From Candidatus Dormiibacterota bacterium (GTDB lineage: Bacteria > Chloroflexota > Dormibacteria > Aeolococcales > Aeolococcaceae), in NCBI GenBank assembly GCA_963709585.1, contig CAVPXI010000023.1, positions 1 to 64,000 on the forward strand: a stretch of DNA of 64,000 bases, written 5' to 3'. Under the pieces are notes generated by a model that worked only from the letters and a program-made list of their open reading frames with translations, searched no databases and was not told where the DNA came from. Position 1 is the first letter of the stretch. Each line of letters opens with the position of its first letter. Both the position numbers and the translations under genes were made by a program. Of the stretch, positions 10,086 through 20,510 are shown one piece after another.

Positions 10086-10670
10086 TCAGAGGGCGCCGAG
10101 CCGCCGCACCTCGGCGCCGAAGCGCTGGGCCCACGCCGCCAGCACCCCCGCGGCTGCAACGTACCCCAGCGCTTCCACCACCGTCGCCGCCATGGTCGTT
10201 GAGATCTGTGCGTCGCCGGACTGCGCTGAGATGATGCTCGCGACCGTCCGCGCCACGTCGACCGCAGCGAACAGACACACGGCGACCAGCGCGCCTCGAA
10301 CCGTTCCGTATTCGCGGCGCAGACCGCTTCGGAGCTGGGCGAGCGTCTGGTGCTCGACGGCGGTGCGCCCTGGCGGCGGTTCGGTGGCGCCGTGGTGGAG
10401 GCGCAGGATCGCGACCGCGAAGCATGCGGCGGCAACCCAGCCCGGCCAGAGCGTGCGCAGGCTTGAACCGGTCGCGATCAACGTCTGCAGCGGGTTGAGC
10501 GCCATGTGCGCGGCAAGCTGGCCCGCGAGCGTCTGGTGGAGGCGCACCAGGAGCGTGCCGGCGACGCCGCACCCTGTCGCGGCCACCGCCACCGCGATAC
10601 AGCGCAGCGCGATCGGACCGCGGTCGAGGAAGACGAGCTCGGTGAGATGTGCGTCGCGCTGTGGCTGCAC
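10086..10670 (-). CDS. Hypothetical membrane protein
   Basis: About 4 hydrophobic segments; TACAAT 6 nt upstream of GTG. Confidence 0.55.
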   Translation of the reverse strand: MQPQRDAHLTELVFLDRGPIALRCIAVAVAATGCGVAGTLLVRLHQTLAGQLAAHMALNPLQTLIATGSSLRTLWPGWVAAACFAVAILRLHHGATEPPPGRTAVEHQTLAQLRSGLRREYGTVRGALVAVCLFAAVDVARTVASIISAQSGDAQISTTMAATVVEALGYVAAAGVLAAWAQRFGAEVRRLGAL

Positions 10671-10692
10671 CGTGGCATTGTAAGTTCGGTCG

Positions 10693-11712
10693 ATGTCACG
10701 AACCAGAAAAACCACGCCACGCAGGATTCGCGTCGCCACGTACAACATCCTGCTTGGCGGCGAGCGCCGTAGCGACCTTGTCCGCGACGTGCTCCGGCGC
10801 GTCGACGCCGACGTCATCGCACTCCAGGAAGTTCACGAGGTCGATCGCGCCGGCGACCTCGCCCGCGAGCTCGACATGCAGATGTTCCTCGGCGAGCCGA
10901 GCGACCCGGCCTCGCCGATGCACACCGCGATCCTCACGCGGCTGCCGGTGCGCGCGTGGCGCAACCGCCGCCATCACGGCCGGATGTTGCGCTCCCATCT
11001 CCACTGCGACATCGAGACCGGCGGCACCGAGCTCCCGGTCATCGGCGTGCATTGCCTGCACCTGGCGGCACGCTTTGGCGATCGCAACAAGGGGGAGGCA
11101 CGGCGCATCCGCGAGATCGGCGCGGTGCTCACCGACATCGCCGACGAGCCGGCACTCCCGCACATGCTGATCGGCGACTTCAACGCCCTCTCGCCCGGCG
11201 ACGACATCCTCGCGACCTCGTTCTTCCGGCGCATGAACGATCTGCGCCGGGCCGGGCTGCTCGTCGCCGGGCCCAACGGCATCCTCGTCCCACTGGCGCC
11301 CGACGCCAACGGTAGCGACGACGGCCTCGCCGATCGGTGGCGTCGAGCCGGCGTGGACCCGCGGCTGCTTGGCGGAATCCCCGTGCTCCCTCGCGTCGTG
11401 TCGCCACTGACCATGGGGCTTCCGGTGTCACGGGCGATGGACCGGTTTCTGGGACGCCTCATCGAGCGCTGGACGGTCGAGCGGCTGCTCAAAGAGGGAT
11501 ACGTCGACTGCTACCGCCGCGTCCATCCGCGCGCCCGCGGTCTCACCTGCGCGACCTGGCAGCTCTCGGCTCGAGTCGATTACGTGTTTGCCACCGACGA
11601 TCTCGCCGCCCGTGTGAGCGGCGCGGACGTGGTCGGCGGCCGGACCTGGCCCGATCCGGACGCCGCCGTGGCCTCGGATCACTACCCGGTGGTAGCCGAG
11701 TTCAGCGTCTGA
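10693..11712 (+). CDS. Endonuclease/exonuclease/phosphatase (EEP) family protein
   Basis: ATYNI, DVIALQEV, GDFN, RVDYVF, SDHYPV. Confidence 0.9.
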   Translation: MSRTRKTTPRRIRVATYNILLGGERRSDLVRDVLRRVDADVIALQEVHEVDRAGDLARELDMQMFLGEPSDPASPMHTAILTRLPVRAWRNRRHHGRMLRSHLHCDIETGGTELPVIGVHCLHLAARFGDRNKGEARRIREIGAVLTDIADEPALPHMLIGDFNALSPGDDILATSFFRRMNDLRRAGLLVAGPNGILVPLAPDANGSDDGLADRWRRAGVDPRLLGGIPVLPRVVSPLTMGLPVSRAMDRFLGRLIERWTVERLLKEGYVDCYRRVHPRARGLTCATWQLSARVDYVFATDDLAARVSGADVVGGRTWPDPDAAVASDHYPVVAEFSV

Positions 11713-11721
11713 CGATCGGCG

Positions 11722-12012
11722 CTAGCCGCCCGCGACGTTGATGGTCGTGATCACCGTGTAGATCAGGAGCAGGACAAGTGCAGCGGTCGCGAACCCCGCG
11801 ATGCCGCACACCATCCCGATGATCGCCAGGATCTTTCGCGCTCCCGGGTCGGCGTTCGCACGGCGGATGCCGACGGCGCCGAAGATGATTGCGAGCACGC
11901 CGAGCACCAGGCTCACGTAGTCGACAAACGGTATCCACGAGAGCGCCAGGGCAACGATGCCGGAGATCGCCGACGCGACACCGGCACCGTTGCCCGAGGG
12001 CGGCCCGCCCAG
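11722..12012 (-). CDS. DUF4190-like small membrane protein (start uncertain)
   Basis: Frame extends upstream of the listed GTG as SGNGAGVASAISGIVALALSWIPFV, then LAIIFGAVG and LAIIGMVCG. Confidence 0.55.
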   Translation of the reverse strand: MGGPPSGNGAGVASAISGIVALALSWIPFVDYVSLVLGVLAIIFGAVGIRRANADPGARKILAIIGMVCGIAGFATAALVLLLIYTVITTINVAGG

Positions 12013-12014
12013 GG

Positions 12015-12614
12015 TCAGGTGCTTGGCGGAGGGGGAGGTGGCGGGCTTCCGTAGCCACCACCACCCGGAGGATTGCCGTACCCACCAGGAGGATTGCCGT
12101 ACCCACCGGTCGGTCCTGTCGCAACCAGCGGCGCGTCGCCCGGCCAGCGGCTGATGATCACGAGATACCAGACGATCCCGTAGACGATGGCATCGATGAT
12201 GAGTCCGACGATCGCTCCGCCGTAGCCCACTCCGAGGCCGGTGAACCCGCTATAGAAGGTGATGTTGCCGATCAGGGTGACGATTGAGCCGAGGAGTCCC
12301 AACGCGAGCCCGTAAATCACGAAACGCTTGCCGTCGCGGTTCACCTGATACATCTGATATGCGCCGAACGTCCCGACGCAGACGCCGATGAGCCCTATCA
12401 GTGCTCCAAGGAGCCAGAGGATCGGGAGCCCGCAGCCTCCCACCGAGACACCGGCCACCGTGCACGCCCCAAAAGTGACGGTCAGCCCCAGGATGCCGAG
12501 GATGATGCCGATGGCACCAAGGATGAGCAGCACCAATCCCAGCGTCTTGGCGGGGATGTTGAGTTTTACGGGCGGGTCTGCCGCAAACGGCGGGTCGGTC
12601 AGAATGTTGGCCAT
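12015..12614 (-). CDS. Membrane protein with Gly/Pro-rich C-terminal tail
   Basis: 4 TM segments; GGYGNPP repeats; GGAGG RBS. Confidence 0.75.
   Translation of the reverse strand: MANILTDPPFAADPPVKLNIPAKTLGLVLLILGAIGIILGILGLTVTFGACTVAGVSVGGCGLPILWLLGALIGLIGVCVGTFGAYQMYQVNRDGKRFVIYGLALGLLGSIVTLIGNITFYSGFTGLGVGYGGAIVGLIIDAIVYGIVWYLVIISRWPGDAPLVATGPTGGYGNPPGGYGNPPGGGGYGSPPPPPPPST
12067..12107. repeat. Two-copy 21-bp-period tandem repeat encoding GGYGNPP
   Basis: ggaggattgccgtacccacc present twice. Confidence 0.7.
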
Positions 12615-12704
12615 TGCTTCGGGTGGTTCCTCCCAGCGTGAATGAGCAGCTGTGGCATCGACGTGGACCCGGGGGCGCCACGTCCCCCGAGCGCGGTTGG
12701 TGGA

Positions 12705-13160
12705 TTATGGAGTAAGCAGACCCTCGTGGGAAAGGCTTTCGCGAGCCATTCGACGACGATCCGGATGCAGACGTCTGAGCACTGCGGCGGAGCACAGCCC
12801 GGCCGCCGCAATCAATGCCAGGAAGATCCCGATCCCCAGTGATCGTCCGGTGGCTCTTGCGAGGATCAGCTGAACAAGCACGCTTCCCATCGCCAGCGCA
12901 GAGGCCGTGGCATAAGCGGTGGTCTCGGGAATGTAGGGGGTGACCACGTCATCCACGAATCCGTGCCCGATCAGGAGCAACAGGATCACGGCGGCAATTG
13001 CGACGAAGAACACGTCTCCCAGCAACGAGGCGCGAAATGCATTCACGGTCACGCGAGAGGTGCCCGAAGCGTAGGCGTACCAGGGTAGGAAGGCTACGAG
13101 CAGACCAAGCGTGGCCGATACGGCACCGATCGCCTCGGCTCTGTTGATGCGGCTGAGCAT
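12705..13160 (-). CDS. Hypothetical membrane protein
   Basis: FLPWY and 4 hydrophobic segments; GAGG RBS. Confidence 0.65.
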   Translation of the reverse strand: MLSRINRAEAIGAVSATLGLLVAFLPWYAYASGTSRVTVNAFRASLLGDVFFVAIAAVILLLLIGHGFVDDVVTPYIPETTAYATASALAMGSVLVQLILARATGRSLGIGIFLALIAAAGLCSAAVLRRLHPDRRRMARESLSHEGLLTP

Positions 13161-13267
13161 CGCACTGACCTCGAGATGAACCTGTGGTGAGGACCGGATC
13201 GCGGCCGCGCGAACCCCGGATGAGTGTGGTTGGTTCGAGTGGATGGTATGCAGCGCTGGGCGTGCTG

Positions 13268-14086
13268 TCAATGGCGCCGGCGCGTTCGAGAACTTGAGTC
13301 AGCGCGTTTTGCCGGTGCGTTGGGTGGCGCGACGCCGACGTCCGCGGCCAATGCGGGCGGTTTGCCGGCTGCGAGCAGGTCACCCAGCGTGCTCCAGTTG
13401 AAGCGTTCACTCCCACGCCGAACGAGCTCGACGAAACAGGCGGCAGTCGCTTCGGCGTCCGCGAGCGCGTGGTGCGGCTTGCGGTGGACCACATCGAGCT
13501 GGCGGCACAGGCGCTCGAGTCCGATCGTGTCCTTGAGGTCGAAGAGCTTGGCGGCAAGCCTGGTGGTGTCGACGTTGTCGGCATCGAGGCTCGATCCGAT
13601 GGCGCGGCCGATGAGCCGGGTGTCGAATGCGTCGGCGCTGTGTTCCACGAGCACCGCGCCTTTCGCGAAGCGTTGAAAGCGTTCGACCACCAGCGACACC
13701 GGTGGGGCGCCGTTGAGGGTTGCGGCGTCGATGCCGTGAATCCGGCGCGCATACGGGTTGATCCGATCGTTGCTGTGCACGAGCGTCTCGAAGCTCATGA
13801 GGTGATCGCGCATCGTGAAAGCGACCGCGCCGAGCTCCACGAGGTGATGCGGCGATTGCCCGGTCGTCTCGCAATCGAGGGCGACGAAGTGGAGCGCCTC
13901 AATCGGCGTCTCCAGGGCCGGCCGCTCCGCCGTCCAGGAATCGACTGCATCGTCGAGCATGGCAAACGGCTCGGCGCCCGCCGGACCGAGTTCGCGGTAG
14001 AAATTTGTCGCCCGTGGGGACCCTCCCTCGGCGGCGACCGTATCGCCGGCGAGTTTCCATACACCCACATCGTAGAACTCCTGCAC
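13268..14086 (-). CDS. DEDDh 3'-5' exonuclease (Pol III epsilon/PolC-like); start uncertain (alternative ATG at 13960)
   Basis: FVALDCETTG, HSADAFD, HHALADAEATA. Confidence 0.85.
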   Translation of the reverse strand: MQEFYDVGVWKLAGDTVAAEGGSPRATNFYRELGPAGAEPFAMLDDAVDSWTAERPALETPIEALHFVALDCETTGQSPHHLVELGAVAFTMRDHLMSFETLVHSNDRINPYARRIHGIDAATLNGAPPVSLVVERFQRFAKGAVLVEHSADAFDTRLIGRAIGSSLDADNVDTTRLAAKLFDLKDTIGLERLCRQLDVVHRKPHHALADAEATAACFVELVRRGSERFNWSTLGDLLAAGKPPALAADVGVAPPNAPAKRADSSSRTRRRH

Positions 14087-14130
14087 GGGAGAACCGGTGG
14101 CGGCGTGCCTCCAACCTATACTCGCTCGTG

Positions 14131-15378
14131 ATGCGACTGGTAGCCGCCGGGCTGAGCTTTCGCACCGCTCCGCTGGCTGCGCGGGAGGCTGCGGCCATCC
14201 CGGCGGCGCGCGCCGCGACAACCCTTCGATACCTGGTAGGGCACGCGGGACTGCACGGCGCGGCGGTGCTTTCCACGTGCAACCGCACCGATTTCTACGT
14301 GGTGTGCCCGGACAACCTCAGCGCCGAGGTGACGCCGCGCCTGGCCCGATACCTCGACCCGGGCGGCACACACGAGGTCGAGCGCCACATGGTCACGTTC
14401 GAGGACCGCGGGGCCGCGATGCACATGTTCCGGGTGGCCAGCGGTCTCGAGAGCATGGTGATCGGCGAGGCGCAGGTGCTCGGTCAGTTCAAGGCCGCGC
14501 ATCGCGTCGCCACCGATGCTGGGACCGTCGACGCGCGCCTCGACTATGTGATGCGCCGCGCGATCTCGGCCGCCAAGCGCGTACGCACCGAGACCTCTTT
14601 GGGACGCGGTGCCGCGAGCCTGAGCGAGGTCGCGGTTGAGTGTGCTCGCGCGTCATGCGGTGACCTCGAAGGCAAAGGAGTCCTCCTCGTCGGCGCCGGG
14701 AAGATGAGCCGGCTCGCCGCGAACCGGCTGCGCGAGCAGGGGGCGCGGATCATGACGACGTCGCGCGGTGAGTCGAGCCGTCGCCTTGCCCGAGCGGTTG
14801 GCGCCGAACCGGTCGCGCTCGCCGGTCTCGAGGAGGTGGCCCGCGACGTCGACGTGATCATCGCGTCCACCGACAGTGCCACCACTGTGCTCGACGCCGC
14901 CGCGATCGATGCGCTGCAGCGCCAGCGCAAGGGACGGCCGCTCTGCATCGTCGACATGGCGGTCCCTCGCGACATCGACGCCGCGGCCGCCGAGGTGCCC
15001 GGCGTCACCCTGATCGATATCGACGAGCTCGGTCGCCGGGCCGGCGTCAGGCTCGACGAGCGCCGCGAGACCATCCCCGCGGTCGAGCAGATCATCGACA
15101 CGGAGCTGGACAAGACGGTCACCGTGATCGGCCAGCGCGACACCGCGGGTCCGACCATCGCCGCGCTGGTGGAGTGGGCTGAGGGGCTTCGCGCCCGCGA
15201 GGTGGCGCGCACCTTCGGCGCCGGCGGCGAGATCGACGACGAGACCCGCGAGCGCGTCGAGCGGCTGACCCGGAGCATGGTGCGCAAGCTCCTGCACGGA
15301 CCGGTTACGCGCCTTCGCGAAGCGGGGGATCCCGCGACCGCCCTGGCGATCCGCGAGGCGTTCCGGCTCGACCGTTGA
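14131..15378 (+). CDS. hemA: Glutamyl-tRNA reductase
   Basis: LSTCNRT, SGLESMVIGEAQVLGQ, GAGKM, DMAVPRDI. Confidence 0.95.
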   Translation: MRLVAAGLSFRTAPLAAREAAAIPAARAATTLRYLVGHAGLHGAAVLSTCNRTDFYVVCPDNLSAEVTPRLARYLDPGGTHEVERHMVTFEDRGAAMHMFRVASGLESMVIGEAQVLGQFKAAHRVATDAGTVDARLDYVMRRAISAAKRVRTETSLGRGAASLSEVAVECARASCGDLEGKGVLLVGAGKMSRLAANRLREQGARIMTTSRGESSRRLARAVGAEPVALAGLEEVARDVDVIIASTDSATTVLDAAAIDALQRQRKGRPLCIVDMAVPRDIDAAAAEVPGVTLIDIDELGRRAGVRLDERRETIPAVEQIIDTELDKTVTVIGQRDTAGPTIAALVEWAEGLRAREVARTFGAGGEIDDETRERVERLTRSMVRKLLHGPVTRLREAGDPATALAIREAFRLDR

Positions 15379-16262
15379 CTCCGGCGACGGACACGTCGAC
15401 CCTGCGCCTGGCGACGCGCGGCAGCGCCCTGGCCCTCAGACAGACGGCGCTGGCCGTGGACGCGCTGCAGGCGGCGGGCCGCGGTGATGTCGAGACGCTG
15501 GTGGTCCGGACCGAGGGTGACCGCCGGACCGATGCTCCAATCGATCAGCTCGAGGGCCAGGGGTGGTTCACCGCCGATCTCGAACGCACCCTGCTCGCCG
15601 GCCGTGCCGACGTCGCGGTGCACAGCGCCAAAGACCTTCCATCGGCGCTCGCCCCGGGACTGGGCATCGCCGCCTATCTGGCCCGCGCGGACGCGCGGGA
15701 CGGCGTCGTTTCGTCGAGCGGCCGCCCCCTCGATGAGCTGCCCAGCGGGGCAACGGTGGGAACCAGCAGCGCGAGGCGGGCAGGCCTGCTCGCTGCCCTG
15801 TACCCCGGCCTGCGCACGATCCCGATACGAGGCAACGTCGACACCCGGCTGGGCAAGCTCGACGCCGGCGACGTCGATGCGCTGGTGCTGGCGTGCGCCG
15901 GTCTCGATCGTCTTTCGCTGGGTGATCGCTTTACGCAGCGGCTCAACTCGACCGTGTTCGTCCCGTCCCCGGCGCAGGGTGCGATCGCGCTCGAGGCGGT
16001 CCCCGGATCCGGGGCCGCGCTCGCGTGCGCGCTGGTCGGCGATCCCGCAACCAGGGTCGCTGTGACGGCCGAGCGGGCGGTGCTGATCAGCCTCGGAGGT
16101 GGGTGCCTGATGCCGCTCGGGGCGTGGGCCCGTATCGAGGACGGGCGCCTGGTACTGGTCGCGGCGCTCGTGGTCGAAGGAGCCATCCGCCGGGCCGAGT
16201 TGTCAGGTCGCCTCGAGGAGCCGGAGGCGCTCGGCGAGATGGTCGCGGCGCGCCTCCGATGA
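15375..16262 (+). CDS. hemC: Hydroxymethylbilane synthase
   Basis: ATRGSALALRQ, VHSAKDLP, GTSSARR, RGNVDTRL, GGGCLMP. Confidence 0.95.
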   Translation: MTPATDTSTLRLATRGSALALRQTALAVDALQAAGRGDVETLVVRTEGDRRTDAPIDQLEGQGWFTADLERTLLAGRADVAVHSAKDLPSALAPGLGIAAYLARADARDGVVSSSGRPLDELPSGATVGTSSARRAGLLAALYPGLRTIPIRGNVDTRLGKLDAGDVDALVLACAGLDRLSLGDRFTQRLNSTVFVPSPAQGAIALEAVPGSGAALACALVGDPATRVAVTAERAVLISLGGGCLMPLGAWARIEDGRLVLVAALVVEGAIRRAELSGRLEEPEALGEMVAARLR

Positions 16263-17041
16263 CCGACCTCCCGCTGCCGCTCGCCGGGCGGCGGGTGCTC
16301 GTCACCCGGACCCGTGAGCGGGCCGAAGGCCTGGTCGACCGGCTCCATGCCGCGGGGGCGTCGGTGGCGATCGTTCCCCTGATCGCGACGCTGCCGATCG
16401 CCGATCCCGAGGCCATCGCCCGGGTTGCGGCGGCGGTCGGCGCAGCTCCGCCGCCCCGGTGGGTCGCCTTCACGAGCGCGACCTCCGTGCGCCTCGTGCT
16501 CGGCGCGGTGGGAGCGGACGCGCTCACGGGCGCGCTCGTCGCCGCGGTCGGCCCGGCGACCGCAGCGGCACTGGACGCGCAGGGTGTGGCGGCGGACCTG
16601 GTGGCGAGCGACCACGACGCGGCCGGCCTCGCGGCGGCGATGCTTGGCCGAGGAATGGCCGGAGCGACGGTGTGGTTCCCGGTCGCGGAAGGGGCGCCCG
16701 GTGGATTCGCCGAATCGCTCCGCACCGGGGGAGCATTCGTGACCGTCCAGCACATCTATCGAAGCGTCATGCCCGCGTCGGCCGCTCCGCGCCTGCGCGC
16801 CGCGTTGGCCGCGGGTGTCGATGCAATCACCCTGACGAGCGGCAGCGCTGCCCGAAACCTCGTCGATGCCATGGGCGCGGGTGGATTGCCGGCTGGCGCA
16901 CTGATCGTGTGCATTGGTGAGCAGACCGCGGCCGAGGCGCGCGCAGCCGGGCTCACCGTCCATGCCGTCGCTGAGGTCGCTTCGGTCGAGGGCCTCGTCA
17001 ACGCGCTGACCGAGCGTCTCACCCCGCAGCGGCTACGCTGA
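16259..17041 (+). CDS. hemD: Uroporphyrinogen-III synthase
   Basis: RVLVTR, FTSATSV, AVGPATA, LTSGSA, CIGEQTA. Confidence 0.9.
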   Translation: MTDLPLPLAGRRVLVTRTRERAEGLVDRLHAAGASVAIVPLIATLPIADPEAIARVAAAVGAAPPPRWVAFTSATSVRLVLGAVGADALTGALVAAVGPATAAALDAQGVAADLVASDHDAAGLAAAMLGRGMAGATVWFPVAEGAPGGFAESLRTGGAFVTVQHIYRSVMPASAAPRLRAALAAGVDAITLTSGSAARNLVDAMGAGGLPAGALIVCIGEQTAAEARAAGLTVHAVAEVASVEGLVNALTERLTPQRLR

Positions 17042-17049
17042 ACGGCGAC

Positions 17050-18040
17050 ATGGGATTCCCGCTCGAACGACCCCGCCGTCTGCGCCGCACCCCGGCGCTG
17101 CGCCGGCTCGCCCGCGAGTCGCGACTGAGTGCCGGGCAGCTGATTCACCCGGCGTTCATCCGCGAAGGCCTCGAGTTGCCCCAGCCGATCGGATCCATGC
17201 CGGGTCAGAGTTCACGAGAGCCTCGATTCCCTGTGCGCGACCGTGGAGGAGACGATCGGCCTCGGTCTCGGCGGCGTGCTCCTCTTCGGACTTCCCGCGG
17301 CCAAGGACGCGCAGGGGTCGGGCGCGTTCGCCGAGGAGGGTGTCATCCAGCAGTCGATCCGCGTGCTGCGCGAGCGCTTCGGCGACGCGTGCGTCCTCAT
17401 CGCCGATTGCTGCCTGTGTGAGTACACGGATCACGGGCACTGCGGCTTCCTGCTCGACAACGGTGACGTCGACAACGACGCGACGCTCGAGCTGTACGCG
17501 CGGACCGCGGTGAGCCAGGCGGCGGCCGGGGCCGACATCATCGCGCCGAGCGGGATGATGGATGGACAGGTTGCCGCGATCCGCGAGGCGCTCGACCTGT
17601 CGGGATTCACCGAGACCGCGATCCTCGCATACAGCGCGAAGTTCGCCACCGTTCTCTACGGGCCCTTCCGCGACGCCGCTGAAAGCACGCCCCGATCCGG
17701 GGATCGGCGCTCGTACCAGATGGACCCCGCCAACCAGCGCGAGGCAGTGCGCGAAGCGATGCTTGACGTCGAGGAAGGCGCGGACATGGTCATGGTCAAG
17801 CCCGCGCTCACATACCTCGATGTGGTCGCGCGGGTTCGCGACGCGACCGACCTGCCCCTCGCTGCGTACTGCGTCAGCGGCGAGTTCGCGATGCTCCACC
17901 ATGCAGCCGCCGCCGGCGCATTCGACGAGCGAGCTGCCGTCCTCGAAGCACTCGGCGGCATCCGCCGCGCCGGTGCCGACATGATCATCACGTACCACGC
18001 GCGTGCTGCCGCGAGCTGGCTCGCGGAGACCAAGGAGTGA
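17050..18040 (+). CDS. hemB: Porphobilinogen synthase, frameshifted near 17210 (probable sequencing indel)
   Basis: RPRRLR N-terminus in ORF 17050; CCLCEYTDHGHCG, PSGMMDG, GPFRDA, MVKP in ORF 17243. Confidence 0.92.
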
Positions 18041-18044
18041 ATCG

Positions 18045-18836
18045 ATGAGTGACCCGTCCGGCAACCGGCGCCGCCTTCCACTCGTGCTCGGATCGGGCGC
18101 CGTGGTGGTGGTCGCGATCGTGGCGATCGCGATCGGCGTGAACGGAGCCAGCTCGCCGCTGCCGCCGCTGCCGAGCCCGACACCGACCGCGCCGGTGCCG
18201 ACCCCGACCCCGACGCCGAGCGCGGCGCCCACAGCGGCCGCGACCATCCCGTTCGCGAACTGCGCGACCGCGACCTTCGGCCCGGTGCTCGCGCCCCTCA
18301 ATCCGCCGGCCAGCGTGCACACGTACAGCGCGGCGCCCGCGATGACCATCGATACCACCAAGCTCTATCAGGCGACGATCGCGACCGCCAAGGGCAGCAT
18401 CGTCCTCTGCCTGCAGCCGAATCTCGCCCCGAATACCGTCAACGTGTTCGTGACCCTGGCGCGAAACCACTACTACGACGGCATCCCGTTCCACCGGGTC
18501 GTGGCCGCGTTCGTGATCCAGGGTGGTGATCCGCAGTGCGTCGGCCACGTCCCGGCACTGCCGGCGACGCCCTCCGCGACCTGCGGTGGCGGCGGTCCCG
18601 GGTTCCAGTTCAAGGACGAACCTGTGCATCAGCAGTATGTCGAAGGTGCGCTGGCGATGGCGAACAGCGGCGCCAACACCAACGGCTCTCAGTTCTTCAT
18701 CTGCATCGCCAATGACTCGACACAGCTCGCGCCGTCGTACAACCTCTTCGGCAAGGTGGAGACGGGAATGAGCATCACCCTGAAGATCGTTCAGGGGGAT
18801 CTGATGAAGTCGATCACCGTGCGCGAGCAGACCTAG
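18045..18836 (+). CDS. Membrane-anchored cyclophilin-type peptidyl-prolyl isomerase
   Basis: FHRVV, IQGGDP, AMANSG, NGSQFFI; N-terminal TM and PT linker. Confidence 0.92.
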   Translation: MSDPSGNRRRLPLVLGSGAVVVVAIVAIAIGVNGASSPLPPLPSPTPTAPVPTPTPTPSAAPTAAATIPFANCATATFGPVLAPLNPPASVHTYSAAPAMTIDTTKLYQATIATAKGSIVLCLQPNLAPNTVNVFVTLARNHYYDGIPFHRVVAAFVIQGGDPQCVGHVPALPATPSATCGGGGPGFQFKDEPVHQQYVEGALAMANSGANTNGSQFFICIANDSTQLAPSYNLFGKVETGMSITLKIVQGDLMKSITVREQT

Positions 18837-18840
18837 GGCC

Positions 18841-20133
18841 ATGCAGGACGGCAACGCCCGGGCGCTGCGTGAGCGTGCGGAGCGGGTGCTTCCCGGCGGG
18901 GTCGACAGTCCGGTCCGCGCCTATCGAGCCGTGCCCGGGGTCCCACCCCACATCGTCCGGGGCGCGGGGGCGCACGTCGTCGACGCCGACGGCAACGACT
19001 TCATCGACTACGTGCTCGCGTACGGGCCGCACATCCTCGGCCATCAACCACCGCGGGTGGTCGCGGCCATCCGCGCGCAGCTGGAGCGAGGAATCGCGTA
19101 CGGCCATACCGTGGAGCTCGAGGTCGAGCTCGCCGAGAGGATCGTCGACGCCGTGGAGTCGGTCGAGATGATTCGCTTCGTCACCTCGGGCACCGAGGCG
19201 GCGATGTCGGCGGTACGGCTCGCTCGCGCCGCGACCGGCAGGGATCGGATCGTGAAGTTCGCCGGCGGGTACCACGGCCACGCCGACGCACTCCTCGCCG
19301 AGGCGGGATCGGGGATCGCGACCCTGGGGATTCCCGGATCACCCGGGGTCCCGGCAGCGGCGGTGGCGAGCACGATCGTGCTCCCATACAACGATCGCGA
19401 GGCGGTGGCCGCGCTCTTCGAGCGCGAGGGCGATCAGATCGCCGCAGTGATCGTTGAACCGGTCGCCGGGAACATGGGATGCGTGCCCCCCGCGCCGGGG
19501 TTTCTCGACGGACTTCGGGCAAGCACATCCAAATGGGGCGCTTTGCTCGTATTCGATGAAGTGATGACTGGATTTCGCGTGGCCTACGGGGGGGCTCAGA
19601 CGCTCTACGGGATTCGTCCCGATCTCAGCCTCTTCGGCAAGGTGATCGGCGGCGGGCTCCCCGTCGGGGCTTACGGCGGCCGGCGCGACCTCATGGAGCG
19701 GATCGCTCCGTCGGGTCCGGTGTACCAGGCGGGGACGCTCGCGGGCAGCCCCCCGGCGATGGCCGCGGGTGCGGCGGCGCTGGACGTGCTCCGCGAGGAC
19801 CCGGGGCTCTACCAGCGCCTCGAGAGGCTCGGGGATCGGCTGCAGGCCGGCTTCGAGACCGCCGCCGGGGCGGCGGGGGTTGCATGCCCAGTCGGTCGCG
19901 TCGGCAGCATGGTCACCCCGTTCATCGGGATCGACGAGGCGCGCTCCTTCGACGACGTCAAGGGAGCCGATCGCGAGCGCTTCGGGCGCCTCCACGCGGA
20001 CTGGCTCGACGCCGGAATCCTATGGCCGCCTTCGCAGTTCGAGACCGCGTTTCTTTCGACAACACACACCGACGAGGACGTGGACAGGACGGTGGAGTCA
20101 TTCGCCCGCGCTCTGTCGACGGTCGCCGTCTGA
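18841..20133 (+). CDS. hemL: Glutamate-1-semialdehyde 2,1-aminomutase
   Basis: PGGVDSPVRA, SGTEA, FDEVMTGFR, GKVIGGGLPVGAYGG, PPSQFE. Confidence 0.95.
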   Translation: MQDGNARALRERAERVLPGGVDSPVRAYRAVPGVPPHIVRGAGAHVVDADGNDFIDYVLAYGPHILGHQPPRVVAAIRAQLERGIAYGHTVELEVELAERIVDAVESVEMIRFVTSGTEAAMSAVRLARAATGRDRIVKFAGGYHGHADALLAEAGSGIATLGIPGSPGVPAAAVASTIVLPYNDREAVAALFEREGDQIAAVIVEPVAGNMGCVPPAPGFLDGLRASTSKWGALLVFDEVMTGFRVAYGGAQTLYGIRPDLSLFGKVIGGGLPVGAYGGRRDLMERIAPSGPVYQAGTLAGSPPAMAAGAAALDVLREDPGLYQRLERLGDRLQAGFETAAGAAGVACPVGRVGSMVTPFIGIDEARSFDDVKGADRERFGRLHADWLDAGILWPPSQFETAFLSTTHTDEDVDRTVESFARALSTVAV

Positions 20134-20175
20134 TCTCAGGGGTGACGAAAAAATGGTGCTAGACTGGAGGCTGAC

Positions 20176-20472
20176 ATGCCATTCGTAAGCGGACATCTGC
20201 CGGAAATCATCATCGTCCTGGTGGTGATCCTGATCATCTGGGGGCCCGGCAAGCTGCCGGATGTCGGCGCCGCCATGGGCAAGGGGATCCGCGAGTTTCG
20301 CAAGGCTTCGTCCGAAGCTCACGACGCGGTGGTGAGCACGTCGACGACCGCAACGCCGGCACAAGCGGCTCCTGTGGTTCCGACCGTCGCCGCAACGGCG
20401 CCCGCGCAGCCGGCTGGGCCCGTGACAGTGCCGGCCGACGCAACCCCACACCAGCCCTCAGTCTCTGGCTGA
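20176..20472 (+). CDS. tatA: Tat translocase subunit TatA
   Basis: EIIIVLVVILIIWGPGKLP, GKGIREFRK. Confidence 0.93.
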   Translation: MPFVSGHLPEIIIVLVVILIIWGPGKLPDVGAAMGKGIREFRKASSEAHDAVVSTSTTATPAQAAPVVPTVAATAPAQPAGPVTVPADATPHQPSVSG

Positions 20473-20510
20473 CGCGCCGCTCGGGCGCGTGCTGACTGGA
20501 GGCACGTAAG

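Noticed and set aside
18160-18225. Low-complexity CCGAC repeats
   Set aside because: Encode the Pro/Thr linker of the cyclophilin
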